DNA of 64,000 nucleotides from Anaerolineae bacterium (lineage in GTDB: Bacteria; Chloroflexota; Anaerolineae; B4-G1; DUEL01), in the NCBI GenBank assembly GCA_036172315.1, contig JASFBC010000093.1, positions 27,108 through 91,107 of the forward strand, given 5' to 3'. This document shows, in pieces, positions 45,581-54,045 of the stretch. The number at the start of each line of letters is the position of its first letter. Position 1 is the first letter of the stretch. A program made the position numbers and the translations under genes. The notes under the pieces were generated by a model that worked only from the letters and a program-made list of their open reading frames with translations, ran no database searches and was not told the DNA's origin.

Positions 45581-48319
45581 ATGAATCAGAGAGGTCTTTC
45601 TAAACCCACTGCGGCGGGTCTGGCGGGGGTCCTGCTGCTCCTGCTCTGTTTCCTGGCCCTGGGGCCGCCGACCGCTGCCAGCCCCCGGCCCCTGGCCGCT
45701 CAGAGCGCCACCGCTGGCATTACCCTCACCAAGTCCGCCCCGCCCCTCCTCTATCAGAATTGGCCCGACCCCATCCGTATCCCTTACACGCTCACCCTTC
45801 AGAATCCCCAGAACCGCGCCGTCGCCGCTGGAGCCACCGTTACCGATGATCTCCCGCCCGGTGGCACACTGGAAAACGGGACCACCGGCTCTGACTGGGT
45901 CGCTGTTCTGGTGGCAGGCAGTACGGCTGTAACCTATACATCCGGGCGCACCCTCTCGGATACCCTGTCCCTGGTCGGGACCTACAACGTCTCCTTTACC
46001 CCGCCCCTGCGGGACCGCACTCCCATCGTTAATGCCGCCTACTGTTTCAGCGGGACGGTGGACGGGACGCCGCGCGCCTTCTGCGAGACCGCGCCGGTCA
46101 CCACCCTCATCCGGGCGCCGGACTTCGGCCTGGCGGTGAGCGCGACCGCACCGGTCTGCGCGGGCGGGCGGGTCACCTACACCCTCGCCGTCACCAACCC
46201 CGGCGGCGTCTCCACCCGCGTCCCCTTCACCCTGACCGGCGGAATGCCTCCCCCGCTGACGGTCGTTTCGGAGACGGTCTCCGATGGCGGCATCTGGGTC
46301 TCCCCGACGGTCACCTGGACCATCCCGACGGTCCTTTCCGCCTCTGGCGGCAATGCGGTGACCCGTACCTTCGCCGCCACCGTCGCGCCGGGCACGCCTA
46401 CCGGCACCCTCCTGACCACGACCTACCGCTTCACCAGCCCGGAGGTCCTGCCCAACGTCCCCCTCTGGGAGCACGGCCTCGCGGTCGTCCGCACCACCGC
46501 CGCCTTTACCCACACCGCGCCGGTCTGCCATGGCCGCCTGGTCGGCTTCTATAATCTCAGCCAGAACGCGACGGCCTATCAGTGGAACTTCGGCGACGGG
46601 TCACCCGTCGTCACCGAGACCAACCCGACGCACCTCTACGCCGGCCCCGGCACCTACACCGTCGTCCTGACCGCCACCGGTATCTGCGGCACCGACGTGA
46701 TCACAGGCCCGGTGACGGTCTACCCGCTTCCCTCGCCGAACCTCCTCATTGTCCCCAGCCCGACGCGGGCAGGCGTCTCCACCGGTTTCTGGGACATTGG
46801 CAGCGGCGGGCAGGAGTGGCTCTGGGATTTCGGAGACGGCTTCACCGCCCATACGGCCGTCCCCTCCACCACTCACGTCTATACCCGCACGGGCGGCGTG
46901 GTGGCCAGCGTGACCGCTATCGCCGCGACCGGCTGTACGAGCACATCCTTCCGCGCGCTGACGGTGGAGCCGGGCCCGCCCTGTTCGGTGGCGCTGACGG
47001 CCCCGCTGATGGCGCCGGTCAGCACCTCTGTGGAGGTCCAGGCGGCCGTCGCCGATCGCTTCGGGAATCCGGTGCAGAATGGGACGGTGGTCACCTTCGC
47101 GGCCGGTCCTCCGGCGACGGTGGCCCCGGTCACCGGCACGACCCGGGGCGGCGAGGCCCGGACGTGGGTCTCCTCCACCGTTGCCGGAACGGTGACCGTG
47201 ACGGGCACCGCCGACGGCGCCTCCGGCACCGCCACCATCCGGTTCGTCACCGTCGGGCCGGTCTATCTGCCTCTGGTGATGCGGTCGTTCCCGCCCGTGC
47301 CCTTCTGCGCGCCCCAGCGGGTCGCCACGCTGGACGCCGGGCCGTACCCCTACGGGGTGGCGATAGACCCGGCGGGCCGTCGGGCTTTCATCGCCCATGA
47401 CCAGGGCGTTCGGGTGATAGACACCGTCCACCACACCGTTATCACCGACATCCGTTCCGCGCCCGCCGGCTTCGGCATCGCCTACGACCCGGAGCGCAAC
47501 CGCATCTGGGTGGCGACGCGGGACACCACCCCAGGGCGCGTGCGGGTGCTGGACGGGAGCACATACGCGCTGCTGGCGACGCTTCCGGCGGGCAACGGCG
47601 TGCATTCCGTCGCCTACAATCCGAACACCGACCGCGTTTACGTCAGCAACTTCGGCAGCGGGACGGTGGGGGTCTATGACGCCGCCACCCTCGCGCCGAT
47701 CACCACGCTGACCGGTTTCGGCGAGCCCGCGCATACGGCCGTCAACACCGCCACCAACAAAATCTACGTGGCGGACCACGGGACCTTCAAGGGGGTGGTG
47801 GTCATTGACGGCGCCACCCACGCCTGGCGCTACATCCAGTCCACCAATCCGGCGCTGGTGCTGCTGGATGCTTACGGCGTGGCGGTGGATGCGCGGCGCA
47901 ACCGTATCTACGCCACCGGCATCTCCCAGGGCCGCATCGCGCTGATAGACGGGGCAACGGATACGATTGTGGGGGCGATGGACGTGAAGCGGGGCGACGG
48001 CTCCCGGGTGCCGCTGCGGGTCATCGCCGTCAACCCCGACATCGGCGCCTACGGCCACCTGTGGACGGTCACTTCCGAAGAGGACGGGGGGCTGAACCAG
48101 GTGCTGCTCATCCCGGTCTGGCCGATGGGGACGCCGACGCCGGTGCCGCTGGACCTGCCATCGTACCCGCTGGAGGGGGTCGCGCTGGACCCGACGACGA
48201 ACCGGGTCTGGGTGACCAGTGTCCGGAGCGGGCAGGTGACAGTGGTGCAGGACGGGGAGCCCCTCTGCACGACGCCGTTCTCGGCGGAGCGGATGTTCCG
48301 CATCCAGCGGTTGCCGTAA
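45581..48319 (+). CDS. Large secreted multidomain surface protein (DUF11 repeats, PKD domains, Big-like Ig domain, C-terminal YVTN beta-propeller)
   Basis: Signal peptide; PKD motifs (WNFGDGSPV...YTVVLTAT; WDFGDGFTA...); YVTN-type repeats in the C-terminal third. Confidence 0.8.
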   Translation: MNQRGLSKPTAAGLAGVLLLLLCFLALGPPTAASPRPLAAQSATAGITLTKSAPPLLYQNWPDPIRIPYTLTLQNPQNRAVAAGATVTDDLPPGGTLENGTTGSDWVAVLVAGSTAVTYTSGRTLSDTLSLVGTYNVSFTPPLRDRTPIVNAAYCFSGTVDGTPRAFCETAPVTTLIRAPDFGLAVSATAPVCAGGRVTYTLAVTNPGGVSTRVPFTLTGGMPPPLTVVSETVSDGGIWVSPTVTWTIPTVLSASGGNAVTRTFAATVAPGTPTGTLLTTTYRFTSPEVLPNVPLWEHGLAVVRTTAAFTHTAPVCHGRLVGFYNLSQNATAYQWNFGDGSPVVTETNPTHLYAGPGTYTVVLTATGICGTDVITGPVTVYPLPSPNLLIVPSPTRAGVSTGFWDIGSGGQEWLWDFGDGFTAHTAVPSTTHVYTRTGGVVASVTAIAATGCTSTSFRALTVEPGPPCSVALTAPLMAPVSTSVEVQAAVADRFGNPVQNGTVVTFAAGPPATVAPVTGTTRGGEARTWVSSTVAGTVTVTGTADGASGTATIRFVTVGPVYLPLVMRSFPPVPFCAPQRVATLDAGPYPYGVAIDPAGRRAFIAHDQGVRVIDTVHHTVITDIRSAPAGFGIAYDPERNRIWVATRDTTPGRVRVLDGSTYALLATLPAGNGVHSVAYNPNTDRVYVSNFGSGTVGVYDAATLAPITTLTGFGEPAHTAVNTATNKIYVADHGTFKGVVVIDGATHAWRYIQSTNPALVLLDAYGVAVDARRNRIYATGISQGRIALIDGATDTIVGAMDVKRGDGSRVPLRVIAVNPDIGAYGHLWTVTSEEDGGLNQVLLIPVWPMGTPTPVPLDLPSYPLEGVALDPTTNRVWVTSVRSGQVTVVQDGEPLCTTPFSAERMFRIQRLP

Positions 48320-48372
48320 AAACGGTCCTCACCTCTCCCCCGGCCCTTCGGCGAAGGGGATGGGGTGAGGAC

Positions 48373-50094
48373 CTACTCCGGCAGTTCGCACCCCTCCATC
48401 CAGACCGCCGCCAGGTTCTCCAGGTCGGGCGGGGTGAGGTTGGCCCACGGGTCCACGATGACATCCAGCACTCCCGGTTTGCCCGAGGCGACGGCCCGCT
48501 CCAGCGCGGGCAGTATTTCCTTCGGGTCCTCCACCCGTTCCCCCCAGCAGCCGCAGGCGCGCGCAATTTCGTCGTAGCGGATGTCGGTGAAGTCCACGCC
48601 GATGTAGCGCGCGTCGTAGTTGGCCATCTGGGAGGCCTTGATCATCCCCCACTGCCGGTCGTTGGCGACGATGACGACGACCGGGACCTTCAGCCGCGCG
48701 GCCGTCTCCAGTTCCTGTATGTTCAGGCCGAAGGCGCCATCGCCGCAGATGGCGTAGACGGGCCGGTCCGGCGCGGCCAGTTTGGCCCCGATGGCGTAGG
48801 GGAGCCCCGTCCCCAGATGGCCGGAATCCGCCGCCCAGAGGAAGGACCGGGGCGCGTAGACCCGGTTCAGGTAGTGGGCCCAGACGGTCGTGTTCCCGCC
48901 GTCCACGACGGTGATGGCCTGGCGCGGGAAGAAGGCGCGCACGTCCCGCATCAGCCGGAGGGGATGGATGGGCTTCCCGTCCGATTCGGCCTGTTTCTCA
49001 AAGTTGGCCAGCCAGGCCTGCTGGGCGGCGTGGTAAGCCTCCATCTGGGGCCGCTCCGGAACCGGGGGGGTCAGCCGCCGGACGGCCTCTATCAGCGCGC
49101 GCAGGGTGGCCTTCGCGTCCCCTACCAGCGCCAGGTCCACGGGGCGGTTGAGGGCGATGTTCTCCGGTTCCACGTCAATCTGGATGAACTTCTGGACGTC
49201 CGGCTCGCCCCACATCGGCGGCTGTCCCCAGAAGTCCACATCCCCCAGCCGCCCGCCGACCAGGAGCACCACGTCCGCCTCGTTCTGCGCGCCCAGCGCG
49301 CCGTAGCCGCCGGGGATGAGGCAGAGGGGGTGATCCTCCGGCAGGACGCCGCTGGCTCCCATAGAGGTGGTGACGGGCGCGGAGAGGTACTCCGCCAGTT
49401 CCCGCACCTCGTCCCAGGCGCCGGAGCGGAGGACGCCGCCGCCGGGGTGGATGAGGGGCCGCTCCGCCGCTACCAGCATTCGGGCGGCTTCTTCTATCAG
49501 ATGGGCTGGCGCGACCGGGCGCTCCAGGGCCCGGTACCGCCGGGGCGGCCAGGGGTGGTAGGTGAGTTCCGCCTCCTCCACCCGCGAGAGCAGTACGTCC
49601 ACGTGCAGGTCCAGGTAGACGGGGCCGGGGCGGCCGGAGAGGGCGATCCGGAAGGCCCGCTGGACCAGTTCAGGGATACGCTTCCAGTGGGTGATGCGGG
49701 CACGCCACTTGGTGATAGGGGCCAGGAGGTCCACCTGGTTGAGGGACTGCATGGAGCCCCGTTCGGGGTAACTCTTCCAGGTCTGGTTCTGGGCGCCCAG
49801 GACGATGAGGGGGATGGAGTCGGCCCAGGCGGCGTAGACGCCGGGGACCAGGTCGGCCACCCCCGGCCCGACGGTGCCCATACAGACGCCCGGCTCCCCG
49901 CTGACGCGGGCGTAGGCGTCGGCCATGTGGGCGGCGGCCTGTTCGTGGCGGGTCATCACGAACTCCATCCCCGCCGACGGCCCCAGCCGCCGGATGGCAT
50001 CCAGGACGGGGCAGAGTTGGCCGCCCGGGATGCCAAAGACGTAACGGACGTTCTCCTGAATCAGGCATTGGACGAAGAGTTCGGCTCCGATCAT
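48373..50094 (-). CDS. Thiamine-pyrophosphate enzyme, acetolactate-synthase-like
   Basis: TPP motifs (GIPGGQLCPVLDA...; GDGAFGLNIQELETA); ATG 50094 has a GGAGG RBS. The ORF-track 5' extension is discarded. Confidence 0.85.
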   Translation of the reverse strand: MIGAELFVQCLIQENVRYVFGIPGGQLCPVLDAIRRLGPSAGMEFVMTRHEQAAAHMADAYARVSGEPGVCMGTVGPGVADLVPGVYAAWADSIPLIVLGAQNQTWKSYPERGSMQSLNQVDLLAPITKWRARITHWKRIPELVQRAFRIALSGRPGPVYLDLHVDVLLSRVEEAELTYHPWPPRRYRALERPVAPAHLIEEAARMLVAAERPLIHPGGGVLRSGAWDEVRELAEYLSAPVTTSMGASGVLPEDHPLCLIPGGYGALGAQNEADVVLLVGGRLGDVDFWGQPPMWGEPDVQKFIQIDVEPENIALNRPVDLALVGDAKATLRALIEAVRRLTPPVPERPQMEAYHAAQQAWLANFEKQAESDGKPIHPLRLMRDVRAFFPRQAITVVDGGNTTVWAHYLNRVYAPRSFLWAADSGHLGTGLPYAIGAKLAAPDRPVYAICGDGAFGLNIQELETAARLKVPVVVIVANDRQWGMIKASQMANYDARYIGVDFTDIRYDEIARACGCWGERVEDPKEILPALERAVASGKPGVLDVIVDPWANLTPPDLENLAAVWMEGCELPE

Positions 50095-50369
50095 AGAAGG
50101 CCTCCATTTGATTATTGACGACGGACTATAGACCATTGACATGGACTGGGGGCTACGGACCCCTCCATAAACCGCTCGCCCTTCCACAGGTTAGCGGGCA
50201 GCCCGCGATGGCCTGCGAAGTCCTCACCCCTCCCCGCCGCCTTCGGCGGCAGCGGCAAAGCCCCTGGGGTAGGGTGAGGATACCCCCACCAGCCCTATGT
50301 CCCAACTCGCGTCTGAACCTCAGAATCTCATCTTGACAATTGGAATTCTTTCGCTATAATAATAGCACA

Positions 50370-50443
50370 GGCGACGTAGCTCAACGGCAGAGCAGGGGAC
50401 TCATAAGCCCTTGGTTGGGGGTTCAAATCCCTCCGTCGCCACC
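50370..50443 (+). tRNA. tRNA-Met (anticodon CAT; elongator or tRNA-Ile2 type, with G1:C72)
   Basis: Cloverleaf GGCGACG-TA-GCTC..GAGC-A-GGGGA-CTCATAA-GCCCT-TGGTT-GGGGG-TTCAAAT-CCCTC-CGTCGCC-ACC. Promoter TTGACA-N16-TATAAT lies at 50333-50360. Confidence 0.8.
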
Positions 50444-50647
50444 TGAGGCAGTGGAGCGTGAGATTCATCCAGCGGGGCCGAGTTTGCCCGCCGGATGAAC
50501 AACGAGCGGGAGCGGCTGGGCGGCCCATCGGGTATCCACCGACCGTTCGCGAGCAATATACCCTTGCCACCGGCCGCACCGACGCCGTCTGCAACCGCTT
50601 CGTCGTTGAGTACGAGTCCCCTGGATCCCTCCGGGAGAATGCCCCTC

Positions 50648-52011
50648 TCACCAGGCCGCTGTTTTGATGCCCCTTCGCTTCGCCTCGGGGCTCTGCCGCA
50701 CCCTCATCCCCGAAAACCCGAAGGAAGGCAGGCAGCATCCTCCCAGGTACGCTTCCAGATACCGATAATCCGGCGTCAGTTCTCCCCGATAGACGATGAC
50801 CGCCCGCTTGATCTCCGGCGGCAGGTCCAGTTGCTCAAAGGGGACGGTGTAATCGGCACGGGTGATGGCGGGGACGAATTCCCGGAGGACGGCGCTGAAA
50901 TCCACCGACGCGTCCCGGGGCATCTCACTGGGCAGGATGTCCACCGCCATCACCACCCCCTCCCCAGCCCAGCCGTCAGTCGTCTGCCCGGTGCGGGGAT
51001 GGTAGACGTAGATGGGGTTGCCCGGGTCGGTGGCGCGGGCGGTACATTCTATGGCGCCTTCTATGTCGCAACTGATGTCGCCGATGATCCGCAGGCGGGG
51101 CCGGCGCCCCGAACAGTTCCCGCAGGTACGCCTTCGTTACCAGGCGGGGGTAGCGGGCCTCCCAGTAGATGCCGTTGACCAGAACGGTCAGATACGGCAC
51201 CCAGGCCGCAAACCGGGAGCGATACTTTTCCGGATGCCGATAGTAGTCCTGGAGGTCAAACCGGTCCTCCGGGGAGACTGGCTCCACCATGTGCTCCTCC
51301 CGGAACACCACCTTGTAGAGAATGTGGTTGTCCGGTCCCTCCGCGAAGAGGGCAGGCAGGTCCTCCGGCGTCCGTTCCTGGAAGGGGAGCAGGTCAAAGA
51401 TTTCCTGGGCGCCCCGGGAGACGTTGCCGTAGCCCGCGAAGCCCACCACCAGCGGTGCCAGGATAGGGGGGAGGCCCTGGGAGCGGATGCGCTCGCCCAC
51501 CTCCCGTACTGCCCGGCGGGCCGCTTCCCCGTCGGGGTAGTGGATGGCCCGGTCTATGCCGACAAAGGGGTTGGGGATGCCCTCCCACTCCAGCCGTCGG
51601 CCCAGGGCCCAAAGGGTCTCCAGCATGCCGGCCCACCCGGCATGGCGGCCGATGAGGCGGCGGCCCTTCTCGTCCGTCACCCTTTCATAGCAGGACGCAG
51701 CCCAGTTCCATCAATCGGCGCAGCATGGGCATATTGCTGGCCCTTGATGACGTGGGCGAAGAAAATATAGGTCTTGCCCGGCAGGAGTTGGGCCGGTGGA
51801 ATCCCCTTGATGCCGAAGATGACGTCGCAGCCGGAGAGGTCTTCCTGGACGGTGACCCCGGCGGCCCGGTATTCCTGGTCGGAGAAGACCCGAATCTCCG
51901 ACGGCTGGACGACGACCGCCAGGCCGTGTTGTTCCTGGAGGGCACGAGCGTCCTGGGGGGTGATGGGGACGCGCCGCTCCCAGACCGACTTGTCCTCGCG
52001 GCGGATGCCAA
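50648..52011 (-). pseudogene. LOR/SDH (saccharopine-dehydrogenase-like) gene disrupted by multiple frameshifts
   Basis: Homologous peptide segments lie in at least four different frames: VGIRREDKSVWERRVPITP...FFAHVIKGQ / NMPMLRRLMELGCVLL / YERVTDEKGRRLIGRHAG...RYPRLVTKAYLRELFG / RLRIIGDISCDIEGAIECT...MAVDILPSEMPRDAS. Confidence 0.6.
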
Positions 52012-52030
52012 CGCATGGGGGGCATCTTTC

Positions 52031-52498
52031 CTATTCCACTTTCCAGTACGGGCGCTCCGCCTCCCAGCGGGTGCGGAACTCCTCGGGAGCCGTTGTCAGC
52101 AGGGCCTCCCCTTCAGCGGTGACGGTTCCATCGGGGAGGCGAATCTGCCCGGCCACTTTAGCGCCAGCCCCGCCGATCTGCTCCACCCACCCCACTGCGA
52201 GCAAGGGCGTGCCCGTCGGAGTGGGACGGCGATAGCGGACCGTGAGGCGAAGGGTTGCCATGAAGGTCTCATGGGTGGTATGCAGCATGACCGCCCGCCC
52301 GGAGACCTCGTCCAGAATAGCGGCGATCACTCCGCCGTGGGCGATGCCCGGATAGCCCTGGTAGGTCTCCGGGATGGTGAATTCGGCCCGTACGACCTGG
52401 TCCTCCGGGTCCTCGTAGAACTTCAGTTTCAGGCCGCAGGGGTTTTCCCGGCCGCAGACGAAGCACATGCGGGAGGTAGGTTGGGGACGCATAGACAC
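52031..52498 (-). CDS. Hotdog-fold acyl-CoA thioesterase (PaaI/YbgC-like)
   Basis: The CFVCGRENPCGL motif and overall length are characteristic. Confidence 0.75.
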   Translation of the reverse strand: MSMRPQPTSRMCFVCGRENPCGLKLKFYEDPEDQVVRAEFTIPETYQGYPGIAHGGVIAAILDEVSGRAVMLHTTHETFMATLRLTVRYRRPTPTGTPLLAVGWVEQIGGAGAKVAGQIRLPDGTVTAEGEALLTTAPEEFRTRWEAERPYWKVE

Positions 52499-52602
52499 CT
52501 CGTTCTCAGAACAGTGCTTTGCTCCGTGCCTTCCTCACCCCCCGGCAGGGGAAGGGCTGAACCACCGCCTGGCAGGTGGTTACAATCTTTGTGCTGCGCT
52601 GC

Positions 52603-53850
52603 TCAGGATTCGGGGAGGGGCAACAGGATGTGGACGGTTGTTCCAGGCAGGCGCACCTCATCCCGCCCCTCGCTTTCTATCCAGATTCTCCCTTTGTGGG
52701 CCTCAATGATTCCCCGGGCCAGGCTGAGGCCCAGGCCCAGTCCGCCCCCCTTGAAGGCCGTCTTGCTGGAATGGTGGAGTAAGGTCTCCTCCACCACGTA
52801 GAACCGCTCAAAGATGCGCTCCCGCTCCGCTGGATCAATCCCGATACCGGTATCCTGGACGCTCAGATGGATGGTGTGGTCCACCACCCGTCCGGTGATG
52901 CGGATCGTGCCACCGTCGGGGGTATATTTGACCGCGTTGCTGATCACATGCCAGAGGGCCTGGAAAAGCCGCTGGGCATCTGCCATAATTATCGGCAGAG
53001 CCTCCAGTCCTTCAAACTCAAAGGTCAACTGTCGCTCCGGGCCCAGGTTGCGGATGTTGCGCACCACATTCTGGATGAGGGAATTCAGGGGAACGGGGCC
53101 GATGCTCAGTTCCAGTTTGTTGGCCTCAATGAGGAAGACGTTCAGGATGTCGTCCACCACCTGATTCAGGCGGCGGGTGGCCTGCATGACCTGATGGAGC
53201 AGATGACGGGGACTCCCTTCCTCATCCGGGCCGCCAGGGATGTCGGGGATGGAGAGCAGGATCTGGCTGTAGCCATAGATGGCGGTGAGAGGGGTGCGCA
53301 GTTCGTGGCCGGCCAGGATGATGAAATCGGTTTTCATCTTATCCAGCCGTTGGAGTTCGGCGTGGGCCTTCTCCAGTTCGCGGATTTTCCCTTCCAGCCG
53401 CTCCACCAGGCGGCGGCTGTACTCTACCAGATAGTCCGCTTTCTCCTGAGGGGACTCTATCCGTTCCCGCAAGCCGCCCAGGAACGCCTTCACCTGCTGG
53501 GGGAAACGGTCCACATCTATCGGTTTGGGGATGTATCCATCGCATCCCGCGATGAGCGCCCGCTCCCGGTCCCCGCGCAGGGTGGCAGCGGTCACGGCGA
53601 CGATGGGGACGTCTTTCAGTTCTTCCAGCGCGCGCAGCCGGGTGGTGACCTCATAGCCGTCCAGCCCGCTGATGTTGATGTCCATCAGGATGAGGTCGGG
53701 CCGCAGTTGCCGGGCGGCTTCCAGGGCCGCGATCCCATCGGTGACGATGCGCACTTCAAAGCCTTCGGCCTCCAGCACCCGCTGCACCAGTCGGGCGCTG
53801 GAAGGGTCGTCCTCTACATACAGGATGCAGGCGCGTGCGTTTCGGTGCAT
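52603..53850 (-). CDS. Hybrid response-regulator/histidine kinase (REC-HisKA-HATPase)
   Basis: REC motifs (VEDDP; LILMDINISGLDG; VTAAT), H-box LAGHELRTPLTAIYGY, and G-boxes GGGLGLGLSLARG. Confidence 0.88.
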   Translation of the reverse strand: MHRNARACILYVEDDPSSARLVQRVLEAEGFEVRIVTDGIAALEAARQLRPDLILMDINISGLDGYEVTTRLRALEELKDVPIVAVTAATLRGDRERALIAGCDGYIPKPIDVDRFPQQVKAFLGGLRERIESPQEKADYLVEYSRRLVERLEGKIRELEKAHAELQRLDKMKTDFIILAGHELRTPLTAIYGYSQILLSIPDIPGGPDEEGSPRHLLHQVMQATRRLNQVVDDILNVFLIEANKLELSIGPVPLNSLIQNVVRNIRNLGPERQLTFEFEGLEALPIIMADAQRLFQALWHVISNAVKYTPDGGTIRITGRVVDHTIHLSVQDTGIGIDPAERERIFERFYVVEETLLHHSSKTAFKGGGLGLGLSLARGIIEAHKGRIWIESEGRDEVRLPGTTVHILLPLPES

Positions 53851-53872
53851 GTTCCCCTTCCTCCAAATTTTC

Positions 53873-54045
53873 GTAACTATTCAGCCCGATGGAGATCGCC
53901 CTCTTGGCGCCGATTGGAAATCGGCCTCCCCTGGGCGCTTTCGCGCCGGGCGTCAACCTCCGTTGACGCCCTGGGAGGACGGCGCAGGCCGTCCAGAGGC
54001 CGCAGGCCCAGGGAGGCGGACTTTCCGTCAGCGTTGAATAGTTAC
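53873..54045. repeat. MITE-like intergenic repeat, full-length copy C with terminal inverted repeats
   Basis: GTAACTATTCAGC...GCGTTGAATAGTTAC termini. The interior is rich in palindromes (GTCAACCTCCGTTGAC, GGCGCTTTCGCGCC, GGACGGCGCAGGCCGTCC). Confidence 0.8.

Noticed and set aside
50458-51178. Plus-strand ORFs after tRNA-Met (69 aa and 227 aa)
   Set aside because: They overlap the minus-strand LOR/SDH remnant and have random-looking composition, so they are not considered coding.
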